Made by a program: the position numbers and the translations under genes. A model generated the notes under the pieces. The model saw only the letters and a list, made by a program, of their open reading frames with translations, was not told where the DNA came from and did not search any database. DNA of 64,000 nt from Lama glama (Eukaryota). The DNA lies in NCBI GenBank assembly GCA_028534125.1, contig CM052818.1:30072001-30136000 (forward strand). Direction: 5' to 3'. Below, one piece after another: positions 25,669 to 39,094 of the stretch; within the stretch, counting starts at the first letter, position 1; each line of letters starts with the position of its first letter.

Positions 25669-27653
25669 GGAGTTTTTGCATTAAGAAAAATAGTCGAACA
25701 TTACCCAGCTATACTGAGATAAAAGATAAAATCTTATAATAGTATATTTTAAAGTAGGAATTCAGGTATCTTGAAGGTACAAAGAATGTTACCAGATAAT
25801 CATTTTAATTAGCAAAAAAAAAGCTTTATTCTGAGTCTTCAAGTCTTTTAAAAAAGATTATTTTGTGACAGAAAAACGCTTCTATTACTACACGATAAAA
25901 TCATATGAGTAAAAAAACTGAAATGTACACTTAAAGAATGAATCTTATGATGTGTATCTTGTACCACAGAGTAAGAGGCAGTTTTAGCTCATTATAGCCA
26001 CAACTAACCAGCAGGAATCCTGCTATCTCCTGGGGAGAGGAACGGCCAAGAAAGGGCTTGAAGCTCCACCTCTTCAGCTTTCTCCTACCATCCCAACACA
26101 AAGTAATCATTCTGCATGACTCATTTCACACTTTGTTGGGAGAAAAGGGTCCTTCTACCATACAAAGAGTTTAAGTCTCTTAAAAAAGCAGGTAGAGGGA
26201 ATTACAGCTCAACTCCAGCACACTAACTCAGATAATACCTGTCCACCAGAAATACTGGATATGCATTTACCAAAAATGAACATTTTACCAAGGTGTGTGT
26301 GTGTACAATCTTAAAACTACATCTCAATTCAATTTTTAATCCTCAAATTACAAACTTCCAAGTCAAAGCCATTGTTCAGGATATACCAATTTCAATATCT
26401 CCATTAATAATTTTCCACTAATTTCTAAAAAAAATCAGAACTCAAGCATGCTTACTTTCCAGCCCTACTGGCAAATGTAGTCAAACTCAAGACAATGATG
26501 GGCCAATTGCTTTCCCATCAAGCTCTCAGAGGGATTTATAATAACTGAGAACAACCATGAAGCTTTAAATCAGTCTGTCCCAGAGCTCAGACCACATGCA
26601 TTACTGATGCATAATTTCGACATACTATTACCAAGAGGGACTAGACAGAGGTAAACTTCCCATTTGATATGTTGTAATTTTCCATTAATAAAGCTTTATA
26701 TTACTTCTTAATGAAAGTGCATGCCACCAAAAAGACTGTGAAGTACAATGATAAATCACTGACTGTGGTGTAACACCAATCACACATAGTAACACAAGAA
26801 GCCCCTGCAAGTGAAATGATAGATCTCAGTATACCAGGACATCTGATCACATTTACACAGACTCCATTTCACTCTGCTACCTTCAGAATCTTAAAAGGTG
26901 GTAGCTTCTAATGCTTAAGACAAACTGTGTGGTTTATGGAACACTTTATTATGTCTACGTGGGAATACTACAAATATTGCTCTATAATTCTACCCCAGTT
27001 CAGAGTTACAACTGCAGAGCTTCTTGGGAGACAAGTAGGTGAGACGGGATTATAGTTTGACTCTCCTGCCCTGCATAGATCAAATACAGCCATAGAGATA
27101 TGAATCTGTCAGAAAAGCTGAATGGAACAGAATCCAGAAGAGCAACTTTACCAAAATCTTTCTTTAGCAGTAATTATTGTGCCTCAACTCAATGCTGACT
27201 ATTGATATGTTTACTGTTTTAAATTATTAGGTCATCTTCAAGATGACCTAGCTATAGGTTGCTTTACTATTCATTACCACTTCTGTATTTTAAGGTGCTA
27301 ATGAAAAAAGGAAAAATGAACCAAATGATTCAACTACTCTATGAAAAGATTTAGTAGAAGGTGAAATTGTAAGTCTAATCCAAGGATTTCACTTCATTAT
27401 TTATATTTCATTTGTCAATGGGGTTTCCAATTGACATAGATTTAGAAAATAAAGTATGTTTTATAGACTATGGTGTTTCTGAATGAAATTTTTTTTCCAT
27501 AATCATATACTTTCAGATTTCTAACTAAACATTTAGTCTCTAATCTCTTGACCTAGTAATTTTTTGTTTCTTTAATTAGAATTAAGAGAACATACAATTT
27601 AGGAAAAGAAAACACTTCCCTTCTATAAATACTATTACAACAAATTTACATAC

Positions 27654-27814
27654 CTGTCTCCTTCCAATTTTGGTATATCTGAGCAACTAGAGGAGTCTTC
27701 CAGCCATGTAAAAGTTGGTCTCCTTGATTCAACTGCTGAGCTTGGTTCTCCCGATAGAATAAGCTGTTGTACAATTGCTGGATCATATGCATTAATTTCA
27801 AACTTTAAGTGCAC
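27654..27814 (-). CDS. BIRC6: BIRC6 exon 8 (161 nt) VHLKFEINAY...PKLEGD
   Basis: acceptor gtttag|G, donor CAG|GTATGT; follows an 82-nt intron. Confidence 0.95.
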
Positions 27815-27896
27815 CTAAACAAATAAATGAGAAACCTAAATTAACAACTGATTTTTTTCTGAACTACTAACCTGTCACTTCAAAATTAAAACATAC

Positions 27897-28119
27897 CTTC
27901 ATAAGTTTGGAAACATCCCATATACAGATCTTTCCTCGTTTGGTTGCAGCAGCAAGAAAGTGAGGGCAGCTCCCCGACCCAAAGCAAGATATTCTGTCAG
28001 TTCCGTCTGTGCAAGGAAACTGTGCAGGACTTGTTGCAAGAGTGACTGACAATGGCACATTCTGTGTGTGTTCACCTTTCACAAATGGGCAGTTTGGGGA
28101 ATGTCTCTCATGTTCAGAC
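27897..28119 (-). CDS. BIRC6: BIRC6 exon 7 (223 nt) (W)SEHERHSPNCPFV...WDVSKLMK, end of BIR domain
   Basis: acceptor tttgtgaag|G, donor AAG|GTATGT; completes C-x2-C-x16-H-x6-C. Confidence 0.96.
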
Positions 28120-28780
28120 CTTCACAAAAAATTAAGGTAGGGAAAGTTTACTGAACAACAAAGCTGTTAAGTTTATACACTAAAAGAGAAACTATATGAT
28201 ATCTTTTCCTTTTTAAAAAAAAACAATCAGTTGAACTTAAAGTATTCTTTAATTAAAAAGACTCATAAACCGAATCATTCAGTTTTACTGAGATCACTCT
28301 AACATGTTAAGCACTCACTTTAATAGCACTGTTCAGTTTAAGTGATTACAAATAAAGCCAGTCTCAGATTAAAGTGAGAAATAAGTGCTATTGTATAAAG
28401 ATAAAATTGTTTAAACTCCTGATAGTTCTTCATATTGGCTTCCCACAGCTCTATATAAATAACTACTTTGTTTCCGTTTAAAATTTTTTATGTTAGGTAC
28501 ATTTCATTTCATTTTATCATAGCCTTCTAGTTTCCAGTCAGAGCCCAGTTCCATTCTTTGGCTCTTCTCCCACATACAGGTCTTGGGTAGTCAAAGACAG
28601 AGATCTTATATGCCAAGTGATGTGACAGATCATAGTCAGCACTACCTCACTCTCTTAGGACAAAGGCAAAAACATAGATGGTAAAAAGCAAGAATATTAA
28701 TATACACAGATCAGAAAAATAAGATTCAAAAGCACATTTATAGAACTTGGCCTATTATACTCAGAAAAATCAAGACTCAC

Positions 28781-28863
28781 CAAGGTTCATCAGTAGGTTC
28801 CCAACAAACAAGACATACACTACAAGTAAAACACATGGCTCTATCATCTCCAGATGAGGCAGG
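28781..28863 (-). CDS. BIRC6: BIRC6 exon 6 (83 nt) PASSGDDRAMCFTCSVCLVCWEPTDEP, BIR core
   Basis: acceptor tttgcag|C, donor TTG|GTGAGT; CxxC zinc ligands. Confidence 0.96.
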
Positions 28864-30483
28864 CTGCAAATTTATAGACAGAAAAGGTTCATCAATATTA
28901 AAATAGATTCTTAATAAAAACTCCTAAATAAGTCCACAATTTTAGGTAAAATTCCATACTGAGAAAAAGAAAATTAGCCTATCCCAACAGACTCCAACAA
29001 TATACTGAATCCCCAAATACTTTAAATTTGATGTTTTATTTGAAAAGTTGTGTTTCATCAGCAAATAACCACTAAATCAAATATGGAGGCACACACATAC
29101 TCAATCTCTGTTCTAGCATCTTTTAATATTACTAAAATATTTTAAATAGAATGAAGTATATGAAAGGAAATAGTCTAACAGGTTTATTATTAAAAACTGA
29201 ATTCCATACTATTAATAAGAAAGGACAAATAAAAAGGACAAGCAAACAACTGAACATAATTCATGTAACATTCTTTAAGTAAGACATATTGGACAAAAAT
29301 TCCAAAACCTGAACTGAAATATACCTCTGAAAACTAGTATTTTTGAGTACTTACTCTACTTAGCACTTGCTATGTCTACAGGTGTAAATATATTATATAT
29401 TTTAGAAGTTAAGAATAATCAGCCCCTGTATTAACAGGTGGCAGAATCTAGAAAACCTATGATTTGATCTCTTTGCAAAGATGAAATACAATGGATAATA
29501 GCTCAATGGAAAAAATGTCAAGGCATCACTTCACAGAGACTGTTTTAGGAAATTACACCAAATAAGAAGAAGGTAAGTTATTAGGAAAAATGGTCCTTTT
29601 TCAATCCTTAACTTGGGAAAATAATAATTCCTAGTCTCCAAACAAATCTATCTTTAACTGGAAATCAGACAAACTTGGAATAAAATCTTCAAATACATAT
29701 GGTTTTCTGATTTAATCTTAAGATACTTCAAGAACTAATAATTCTTAAGATTCTTTATAATACTAACTTCAATGTATTCAAAATTTAATTGAATTCTAAA
29801 ATTAAATAAGCATGCTTTATGTAAACTCACATGTAAGTTATTAGACTTCTTAGCTTCTTTAGCAATGGCAAAACTGTGGTGAGCCAGTCTAGACTACTCT
29901 GTTGAGTTTCCTTTACCTGGTTTTTTTATGCCTATCTAAACTCATTTTTCTTAACTTCCCTCTACTTTAACTCAGTGAAGCTTTCTATAATATCCCATTC
30001 TCATGCCTTTTTGTCACATTCATCTTTACCCTGTACACACTCCTCTTTTCATACATAAAACTGTGACTATTTTCCCTGAGTAATTATTTCTCTTTCTACA
30101 TAATTTCTTTATCAGTTCTTCAATACATGTGTATTCAGGTTACACTATACTATCTGCAATGCTGCTTCCATAGTCATCTAGCATATGGGTAATTTGCATC
30201 CCAATAAAATTAAACTTTCAAGAGTAACTGTAATGCATTGCTTTTATTGCATTACCCTAATACTTACTACTCTGTTATGAATGCATAAGTCAAGACTGAA
30301 AATAAACACACATCCAGAGAGCACAACTCTCAAAATAAAACAAAACACACATTACATGTATACACACAAGCACATAGCCAAGTTGCATAAAATAATATAC
30401 ATTTCCAAAAAAGTATTAAGATGTTGACAATTTCACTAAAGGCTACAAAGTCATACTGAAAAAAAATTGACAGTCTTTTTTAC

Positions 30484-30595
30484 CTGATGATAAAATCCAG
30501 CTTGAGCCATGGGATCTGGCTGTGCCCATCTATAGCCTACATGAGGCCATGAGGTAAATGTCTCCCTTCTGTTAGCTTCACTATACATCAATGAT
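30484..30595 (-). CDS. BIRC6: BIRC6 exon 5 (112 nt) SLMYSEANRRETFTSWP...AGFYHQ, start of BIR domain
   Basis: acceptor tttag|A, donor CAG|GTAAAA; BIR motifs RxxTF, WP and AGFY. Confidence 0.96.
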
Positions 30596-31684
30596 CTAAA
30601 AGTAAATATACTATATGTAACTGAAGTTAAGCATCAAATTACAGTGACACTCCTAACTAGCACTGAAGAGAAAAATTTATTGGATTATCATCAAAAACTG
30701 GGACTGTCTAACGACAAGGTTAAATCTGTATTTTAAACTAAAAATTCTAAGTTTTAGGAATGTCCCCTGAACAAGAGTTGGGGAAAAGAAATGTCTGATA
30801 AGATGGCTACAACTGATAAACAATTCCAGGGGTAGATTAAATTAACCAATGTTGCAAAATTACCAGAGAGCAGAAAATCTGGAAATGTAGAGGCAGAGAA
30901 ACTTACATTTTCATAATGTGACAAGTTTTACATAAATGGATAAAACCACAACCAAAGGAACAGTGGTTTTATCTCAGCCATACTGAGAAAATATATTCTA
31001 GTTTTTTTTTCTGTTTTTTTTTTTTAAGTAGAAAGCAGTTTTCTGTTCCTTCTCTAGAGAAATCCTTTCCCAAGAAACTTATACACTCCAGGAAATTATC
31101 AGGAAAAAAAAGGAAATCTTCCCGTATGTTTTCTTTAAAATACATTAGCTAGCTGAGAGTGAACCTGTAACAAACTAGAGTACTTTTTTAAAGAAGCCCA
31201 CCAAAATTAGAAAGTCCAAACAGCTTCAAGTAAGAAAGGACTGATAAACAAAGCTTCCCCTTCCTTACACAAAGTGCAACTGATTTAAAAAAGGAGAGAG
31301 AAAGAGGTAAAAGTCATCACAAAAAGACTAGAAAAATATTTTTCTTTAAGTTCTTCCCTTAAATTAGAACATGATTTCCTATAATATTGCTAGTGAGCTT
31401 TTAGGTATAACTCATAGTTGTGTTCTGACTTCAAAACAAAACAAAAATGTTGGATTAGAAAAACCTTATCATCTACAGGCTACATATGTCTTCAGGATCT
31501 GTGCCAGTTTCAGAACAGAAAACCTGACCACTTAGTTACATTACCAAACAAAAGAGCAATAGCATCCAGTAGACCCTAACTCAAACCTCCAACAAACCTG
31601 AGTTCATCAAGGTCCTCATAAGGTTCCTAGATTCAATTTTTAATGAAATAAACACCACAGGCTACATCAAAATTAACATTTTGA

Positions 31685-31820
31685 GGGTGGAAGGTATAGC
31701 TTAAGTGGTAGAATGCATGTTTAGCATGCATGAGGTCATGGGTTAAATCCCCAGTACCTCCTCCAAAAGTAAATAAACCTAATTACCTCTGCCCCTAAAA
31801 ATAAATAAATAAAAAATTTT
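31685..31820 (+). mobile_element. Vic-1-like SINE
   Basis: tRNA head; TSD AATTAACATTTT at 31671-31682 and 31821-31832. Confidence 0.87.
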
Positions 31821-32414
31821 AATTAACATTTTAACACCTACAGAAACATTAAAAATCCTATCTAATGAATGAATTTCCATCACAGCTTGCACTGATTTCT
31901 TCAGAAACTCTCCTACTGATTGCAAAGAAAACAGCTCTGAAATTATAATCTCAAGATGGGCACGGCTCACGGACAAGAAACGTTTATTGTAAGTTACAAT
32001 TCGCATCCAATGAAAATGTGAAAATGTAAAATGCTACATGGGAAGGCAAATGTGAACTTATCAAAACAGAACTTCAGCACTTTTAATAAAAATTTGGTAA
32101 GTATTATTTCAAGTAAAATCATTTAAGTTTTTAAATGAATGTATTACTGACTTTTTAGTTAGTTTTATACAAAGCAGAACCTCGATAAATCGCTACTGAA
32201 GAAAATGATGGTTGAGGTATGATTTTCGTAACACACTGTTTAAATCCAGAGCAGGCAGCATAAAAATATTAATTCAAAATTGCTCTAATTGTTTAATGCT
32301 TTTCATTTTTTTAAGTAGGAAATATTATGTGGCTCTTATGTTCAGATTCTGACACAGTCTTAATTTACCAAAATTTATGCTGAAGATCAAAAAATTTCAT
32401 CAAGGCAAAATAAT

Positions 32415-32463
32415 ATTTTTTTTTAATTGAAGTATAGTCAGTTTACAATGTTGTGTCAGTTTC
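32415..32463 (-). mobile_element. Extremely 5'-truncated L1 insertion (~49 bp) with 14-bp TSD
   Basis: poly-T plus L1 3' tip, flanked by CAAGGCAAAATAAT at 32401-32414 and 32464-32477. Confidence 0.85.
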
Positions 32464-32794
32464 CAAGGCAAAATAATTCTTATACTGAATCATCATAGTA
32501 CTTGTAAGTTGACTGTGATACTTACTAAGCAGGAACAAAGGCGGAATTTTTAAATCAAGTTTTATAATTCCTTTAAATACTTTCCAGGCACCAAAAGAAA
32601 CTGTTTAACAATAGCAATTCAAGAAGTATTTACTTCATTTTGGTATTCTGATAGAAATAAGAATCTGAGTGGTTTTTCAAAACTATTCTGAATTTTTTTT
32701 AAATCACAACCAAATTTTACAGTTATTCTTTGTTAATCCAAAATACTAATCAGTTCAATCTCACTGTTGCATCAGTTTATAAGTAAGGTCATAC

Positions 32795-32988
32795 CTGTCC
32801 ACAGAACGGCCTGGCCCCACCCCAAGTTCTGGACGTGCACTAGGTAAAAGGTAAGACAATCTGTCCATCACTGAGGACGCCACAGGTAAGGCAGCAACAT
32901 TTTGATTTATTTTCTTAAGTTCATTCACAATAGCACTGGCAATGGACTTCAAAACATGATGAGGAAGATGAAATGTAACTGTGGCCCA
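32795..32988 (-). CDS. BIRC6: BIRC6 exon 4 (194 nt) WATVTFHLPH...GPGRSVD
   Basis: acceptor tttcag|T, donor CAG|GTATGA; lies within ORF 32761-33033. Confidence 0.96.
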
Positions 32989-33879
32989 CTGAAAGAAAAT
33001 GGGAGTGTAAGCAAAGGAAAACATACTCAACATTTTTCACCAAAACCGTAACTTAAAACATTGTAAGAAAAAGAATTATTTACAGTTTCAAGTCGGTTTA
33101 CTTCATTAATTTATCATTTTTTCATTAATTTATCATTTAAAGCAGAAATCTGCAATAATGTAGAAAATGAAACCTCAACTAATCATCCTGAAAAGAAAGT
33201 TTAGAACCGGATGGTAGCACGTCTTTTTACATATCTTATCCACAATTAAGGATCACTAAAATTATCTGTCACTTTTCATATTCCTCCAGCTCATAACACA
33301 ATGTTAAGCATAAACTAGGCACTCAAATATCCCAATTCATTAAAAATATAGTTGTATAATTCATCACTACTGGGTTGCATGAGGATTTACTTTGGATTAG
33401 CAGTTTCCTATGTATTTGTTGTTGTCACCATGATATCTAGCAAAAATATCTAAAAGCATAGATCTTGTAGTCACACAGACTTGGATTCCAAGCCCAGCTT
33501 CACCATTAACCATGTGATCCTGGTCAGATTAACTTCAGTTTCCTGCTTCTATATTCACATAATGTTCTTATGAAAATTCAAGTAAGGCCTGGTATAGTGC
33601 CCGAGAGAGTAAGCATTCAATAAAAGTTAATCACAATTATTCAGTATTAAAATAATTACTTAAAAAGTCAGGCTGCAAAAAAAAATGCTAATTATTATTC
33701 TCCAAGAGAAATAAGTCTATAGAGTAATTTCATCTTTGTATCCTGTCCCTGCTAGCCTATGAATGGTTTCCATTCTTCCTAATACACTCCAGGCAGCCTA
33801 CTAAATTACTACTTATCTATATTAATGGAAATACTTGTGGCCAGAAACATGACTTCAATTACATGAGACAGAGACAGAG

Positions 33880-36800
33880 ACAGACTGACCTTACTTTGTT
33901 CCTAGATCTAACCTGTTCATAGATGCAGAGACTCTTGGTTGAAAGGAAGGCTAAATCCTCCTGAAAAAGGATCCTACAATTCCTCAACTATACACTATAA
34001 ATCACACTCCAAACCTTCCTCAAAGGCACCTGTGGACATTCACTATAGTCACTGTGCAGGGAAATAGAAAATATTGTGATATCTCAGGCATTACAAGATA
34101 ATAGCATTGAACTGAACTAAAACATCACTGTGGTCCACTAGTTAAAGTGGGGACTTGTGATGGTGAAACAATTAATGGAATTTTGGCCCAAAGTTGTCAC
34201 AGTGAACTCTGTGGATCTCCAGATCTATCTTGTAGTTATTTCTCAAGTTTCCAAATGTACAACTAGAAGAGAAACAGAATAGGCAATGTAGGAAAAATTC
34301 CTATGCTGTTTCTCTAATCCTCTCTGAGGACTATTAAAGTAAGAAAGGCCAAGTGGAAGCCCCTAGAAGTTTTATTTTCTACAAAGCTACTAAATGAAAG
34401 CAATACCAGATCCTAAGGAAATTTCTGAGATCAATGTCACTATACTAGACCTGAAAGATACTGTGATAATCAAACTATCTCACCTCCATTTAACTGGCCT
34501 ATTTGGCCCATGCAAAACATAAATGGGTCTAGGAGAATGACTGTGCACTGTAAAATCAGGTGATTTCAACTGCGGCTGCTTTTCCAGATGAAGTATTTTT
34601 ACTGAAGCAAATCAACAAATCCCTTAATATTTGGTAGGCAGTTACAATTCTGTCAAATACTATTTTCTATACTAATTTTTAGGACCATCCAAAAGCAGAC
34701 TGCTTTTATCTGGAAAAAACAATAAATCTGCTCAGTCCTACCCAAGGACTGTATCTGATGCTTTTTACCGTAACACGGTCTATAGAAATTCTGATCAACC
34801 TAATACTCTGCAGATCATCACCTTGGTATACTATGTAGGCAACATCATACTAACTAGTTCAGATAAGGGGGAAGTAGCAAGAAACTTAAACGCATTAGTA
34901 AGAAACATGCAAGCCAGAGAAAATAATCCCGAGAAAAACTCAGGGTCCTGCAACCTCTGGGAAATTTCTGGAGGCCCAGTAGTCTGGGCACATCAAGATA
35001 TTTCCTCCAAGGTAAAAGACAAGTTGCTACAACTTGTAAAAGCAAACAATGAAAAAGAGGCACAATGCTTGGTGGGATTAAGTAGATTTTGGACCTGGTG
35101 TCCAGCATACTTGAGTATGCTGCTCTAACTCAATTATCAAATAATACATAAGGCACAGAACAACAAGCTCTGTAGCACAACCAGACTGAACGACAATACG
35201 CTCTCCCACTTGTACTTGATGAGCATACTCAGTGACACTGTAAGTATCTGCCATAAGTAAAGATGCTGTAACTATAACTGTTCTTCTTTTGAGTGACAAC
35301 ACCTGGCTTCTCAGTAGTCCCTGACAGAAATAACTTATCCATGAGATAAATGTCTACATAATCAGAACTGTCCACCACAAACTACGTGTTATCTAACACA
35401 CCAAATCATAATATTGGGCATGAGGGTTATCCTTCATCAAGTGACTTTTAAGAGATCAGTCTTGAGAAAATCCAAAAGGCAATTCAATTTTGAACCATCT
35501 GAATAGCAAGTTAGCTCAGATTTCCACTCTTACAATATCTACTCTTATAATGTCTCTTTTCTCATTCTACATTGTTGGCTTCACAGGGAATTTATGATGA
35601 GATAACTGAGGAAGAAAACCTTTGGCTCTCACATACAGATGGTTCTGCACACTATGTTGATACCATGGCAAAGTTGATGGCTATAGCATCACAGTCCCGT
35701 CAGGACAGTGGTGAAGGTGAATCTTCTCAGTGGGCAGGACTTCAACCAGTACATCTGGCTGTTTTCTTTGGATTGAGAGCTGGCCAGAAGTAAAGGTCTT
35801 CACTGATTAATGGCCAGTAGCTAATGTTTTGGCTGAATGGTCAGGCATTTGGAAGATTGTTAACAAGGAAGTCAAGGGTAGAAGTCTATGGACAGACCTA
35901 TCAAAATAAACACAGAGTGTAAAAATATTTGTGAAATACGTGAATGCTTATCAAAAGGCATCCATTCCAGGGGGCAATGGGTATAGCTCAGTGATAGAGT
36001 GCATGCTTAGCATGCACAAGGTCCTGGGTTCAATACCCAGTACTTCCGTTTAAAAAAAAAAAAAAAAACTTCCATCCCAGAGGAAATGGACAACATGGAC
36101 AACTTATACACATTATATGAATGTCACTCACCCTTGCTCCATAGCCACTGCAGTCCTTACTCAATGAACCTGTCCTCAAAATGCCACGGCCAGAGATAGA
36201 GAGTATGTATAGGCCCAACATGAACTTCCTTTCACTAAGACTAAGCAGGCTAACAACAGGTTAATCTGCCAATGGCAGGTACCAAAGGTGAGCCATCAAT
36301 ATGACACCATTTTCCAGAAGAAGCAGCCAGCTATCTGATTGCAGGTTGATTATATTGGATTCCTTCAGTCATGGATTGGGTGGCAATTTGTTTTCACTGT
36401 AATAGATAACGTACTTCAGAGGTACATTTATCTGTTCCGCCCACAATGTTTCTGCCATAATATTACAATACCTGTGGACTAATAGAATGGCTTATGTACC
36501 AACAAGGTATTCCACACAACTATGCTTTTTGCTTCTGACCAAGAAAGCACTTCAGGGAAAAAAAAGGGTGGAAGCAACAATGGGCTCTTGTCCATGAAAC
36601 TGACTGTTCTTACTGTGGTATCATACTGAAGGAGCTGAGCTGACAAAAAAGATTCATTTTCAGTACTAATTGGGAGAGATGCCTGAAAGGTGGGAGTTCT
36701 ACCTTACAGGATTTTATATATATATGCTTTGAATCAACAAAAAGTACGTGATACAGTTTCTCCTAGCAAGGTCACTATTACACTTAGTAATCCATTCACA

Positions 36801-37678
36801 GGTATTTTTTCTCCTAAGCTTTAGGCTCTAGAGGTCTTACATCAAGGAAGGAATGTTCCACCAAGGGTACAACAACGATTCCATTGAATTAGGTGTTGAT
36901 ACTACTACTCAGCAATTTGGGTTTCCTCTTGTCACTGACTCACCAAGCAAAGGTGGTTATTCTATTGGCTGGTATGATTTAAAATGACAAACACATGGGG
37001 GAATCAGACTGATGCTAAATAACAGAAGCAAGGAGAACTTAATTACAATCCAGGAGAATCTCTAGGGTGCCTCTAAGTCCTTCCACGTCCAGTAGTAAGA
37101 GTGAAAGGACAATTACAACAACTTAACACAGCACCACAGAGGATGTGGATCCTACAAGAGTAAAGACTTGGGTCACTCCATCACATAAAGACACTTGATT
37201 AGTTACAGTGCTGGCTGAGGACAAAGGAAATATAGAATAGGTAGAGAGAATAGGGAGGCACTAAATATCAAGTATATCCTCTTGACCAGAACTAAGGGAT
37301 ATACAGCTACACAGAGTTTCTTTCTTTATTATATAAATGATAGATGGATATAGATTTAGATACATACACAGAGACAGACTTATTATTTTACGTAAGAATT
37401 TTTGTTTCTAGTTAATTTAGTCTTTAGGTAGCACAGTTCTGTTACTAAACATCTGAGACTATAATTAAATGTTAGGAGTAGTTAATATCACCTAGGCTTA
37501 AATAAAGTATCTGTTGGAACTTAGAGTCTGTCTGTTCTTGGGATGGGGAGAGAGAATCTTCATTTTGTAAAAAGGAATGGTGCCTCTTGTTAAGCAAAAA
37601 CATAATACTTTTGCTGTACGAAAGTTCAAACACATATAGACAGTATATATGGAGATGCTGAGTAGCCGAAGGAGTAGA
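33880..37678 (+). mobile_element. Decayed class III endogenous retrovirus (ERVL) internal region: protease-RT-RNase H-integrase-dUTPase remnants
   Basis: ORF 34823 'VYYVGNIIL...EVARNLNALVRNM' resembles ERVL RT around a degenerate YIDD; ORF 35572 'TDGSA' is RNase H-like; 'CAGGTTGATTATATTGGA' (QVDYIG) near 36342 is integrase-like; PPT-like GAAGGAGTAGAC precedes the LTR. Confidence 0.85.
35970..36068 (+). mobile_element. Short Vic-1-like SINE (head + poly-A) nested in ERVL pol
   Basis: TATAGCTCAGTG..GGTTCAATACC followed by poly-A; imperfect TSD TCCAT(T/C)CCAG. Confidence 0.85.
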
Positions 37679-38340
37679 CTGTGACAGTTACTAAACCACT
37701 GTCTCTCAGGTCCAAACCTACCCTTTATTTCTGTTCCCTGTCATGCTGGGGTTGGGATTCTGTAAACCAGTTTGCCAACCAGTTTCCAGACTGTTAAGTT
37801 CTGACAAAAGGAACACAGGATGAAAACTGGAATGCACGATGAGAGGAGAAAGACTTACTCCTTTATTACTTGTCAATGCTGTTAACATTGTTTTAGCAAA
37901 GGACCTGGTGGTAGCAGTTGATTCTTCCTGTCTTCAGAGATTTTTTTGTTTTTGTTTTTGTTTTAGCATTCCTAGAACCAGTCTTAAAAGCTCCCTCAGA
38001 GGCATTAACATCAGCAAAGCAGCACCTCTCTTCAGAGATCTGAGTCTCAGTTCCACAAGTTTCAATCTCCAAGCTCCTCAGGTACCTATGGGCAACAGCT
38101 CCTCAGAAGTCTGAGTCCCAGACCCACAGGGCATATTCTGTAAGTTTCTAAGTATCTAAGTTCTGAAAATCCTAACCTCTCGTTCCTTCAGACCTAGGTA
38201 AGGGTGCTTCCCATAATTATCATCTGTGTATTACCTCAGGGTTTTCTTTTCACTTTTCCAGTTCTTACACACATGTTAAATCAATTCCTTACAATAAATT
38301 CTCTCTGTTGTACTGCATAGTATGGCTTCTGTTTTACTAA
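37679..38340 (+). mobile_element. 3' LTR of the ERVL (LTR41/LTR33-like)
   Basis: Starts TGTG immediately after the PPT; AATAAA at 38293-38298; family name from recall only. Confidence 0.6.
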
Positions 38341-38486
38341 ATAAAATGTCCCATCAATGGAATAAAATCATGGTAAATCTATAAAATAAACTTCAATATA
38401 AATATTAGGAAGAATACAGATAATCTATGAGGATTGATATGAAAAGATACTCAAGATACATTCTTGAATGAAAAAAAAAAAGTATA

Positions 38487-38764
38487 TGGTATAGCCTGAA
38501 TGTTTGTGTCCCCCACCCCAAAATTCATCTTTGAAATCCTAACCCCAAAAGGGGATAGTATTAGTAGGTAGGGCCTTTGGAAGATACTTAAGTCATTAAG
38601 GTGGAGCCTGCTTTACAAAAGGCTCCAGAGGGATCCCTGGCCTTTTCCACCACGTAAAAAGCACAGCAAGAAGGTGCCAGCTATGACCCAAGAAGAAGGA
38701 CTTACCAAAAGAATACCACTCAGTCAGTGGTATTCTGTTATAGCAACCCAAGCAGACTAAGACA
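38487..38764 (+). mobile_element. MaLR solo LTR (MLT1A/MST-like), internally deleted
   Basis: TG..CTGAATGTTTGTGTCCCC start; TGTTATAGCAACCCAAGCAGACTAAGACA end. Confidence 0.8.
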
Positions 38765-39094
38765 TTAATATCACAGTACATAGCATAATTTCAACTGTAG
38801 AAGAACTGAGAAGAGGACATTTATAAACATAGAAGTTATTCTTAGAAAAACAGCTTTTACTTTCTACCTTATACCCTTTGGCATAAAAATTTTATATGTA
38901 CTACATTTATAACTTAGAAAAGATCTTAAAAGAAAAAACGCAGAATTAATGAAATATACCTGAGGATTTAATTCAAAGTACCATCTCCCATAGACATCCT
39001 AGTCATCAGTGTGGGGAGGACAGAGAAGGGTGAAAGTATAGAGGTGTTCTCTCTTATTATAACCTCAAACAAGGTAATTTTTTTACCTTCTTAC

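Noticed and set aside
33102..33138. 18-bp direct repeat TTCATTAATTTATCATTT x2 (similar 20-bp duplication at 61519-61553)
   Set aside because: Only two copies with no spacer array; ordinary slippage duplication, not CRISPR-like.
34823..35793. RT- and RNase H-like ORFs as a functional reverse-transcriptase system
   Set aside because: Fragmented by stops and frameshifts, with the catalytic DD lost; a fossil ERVL.
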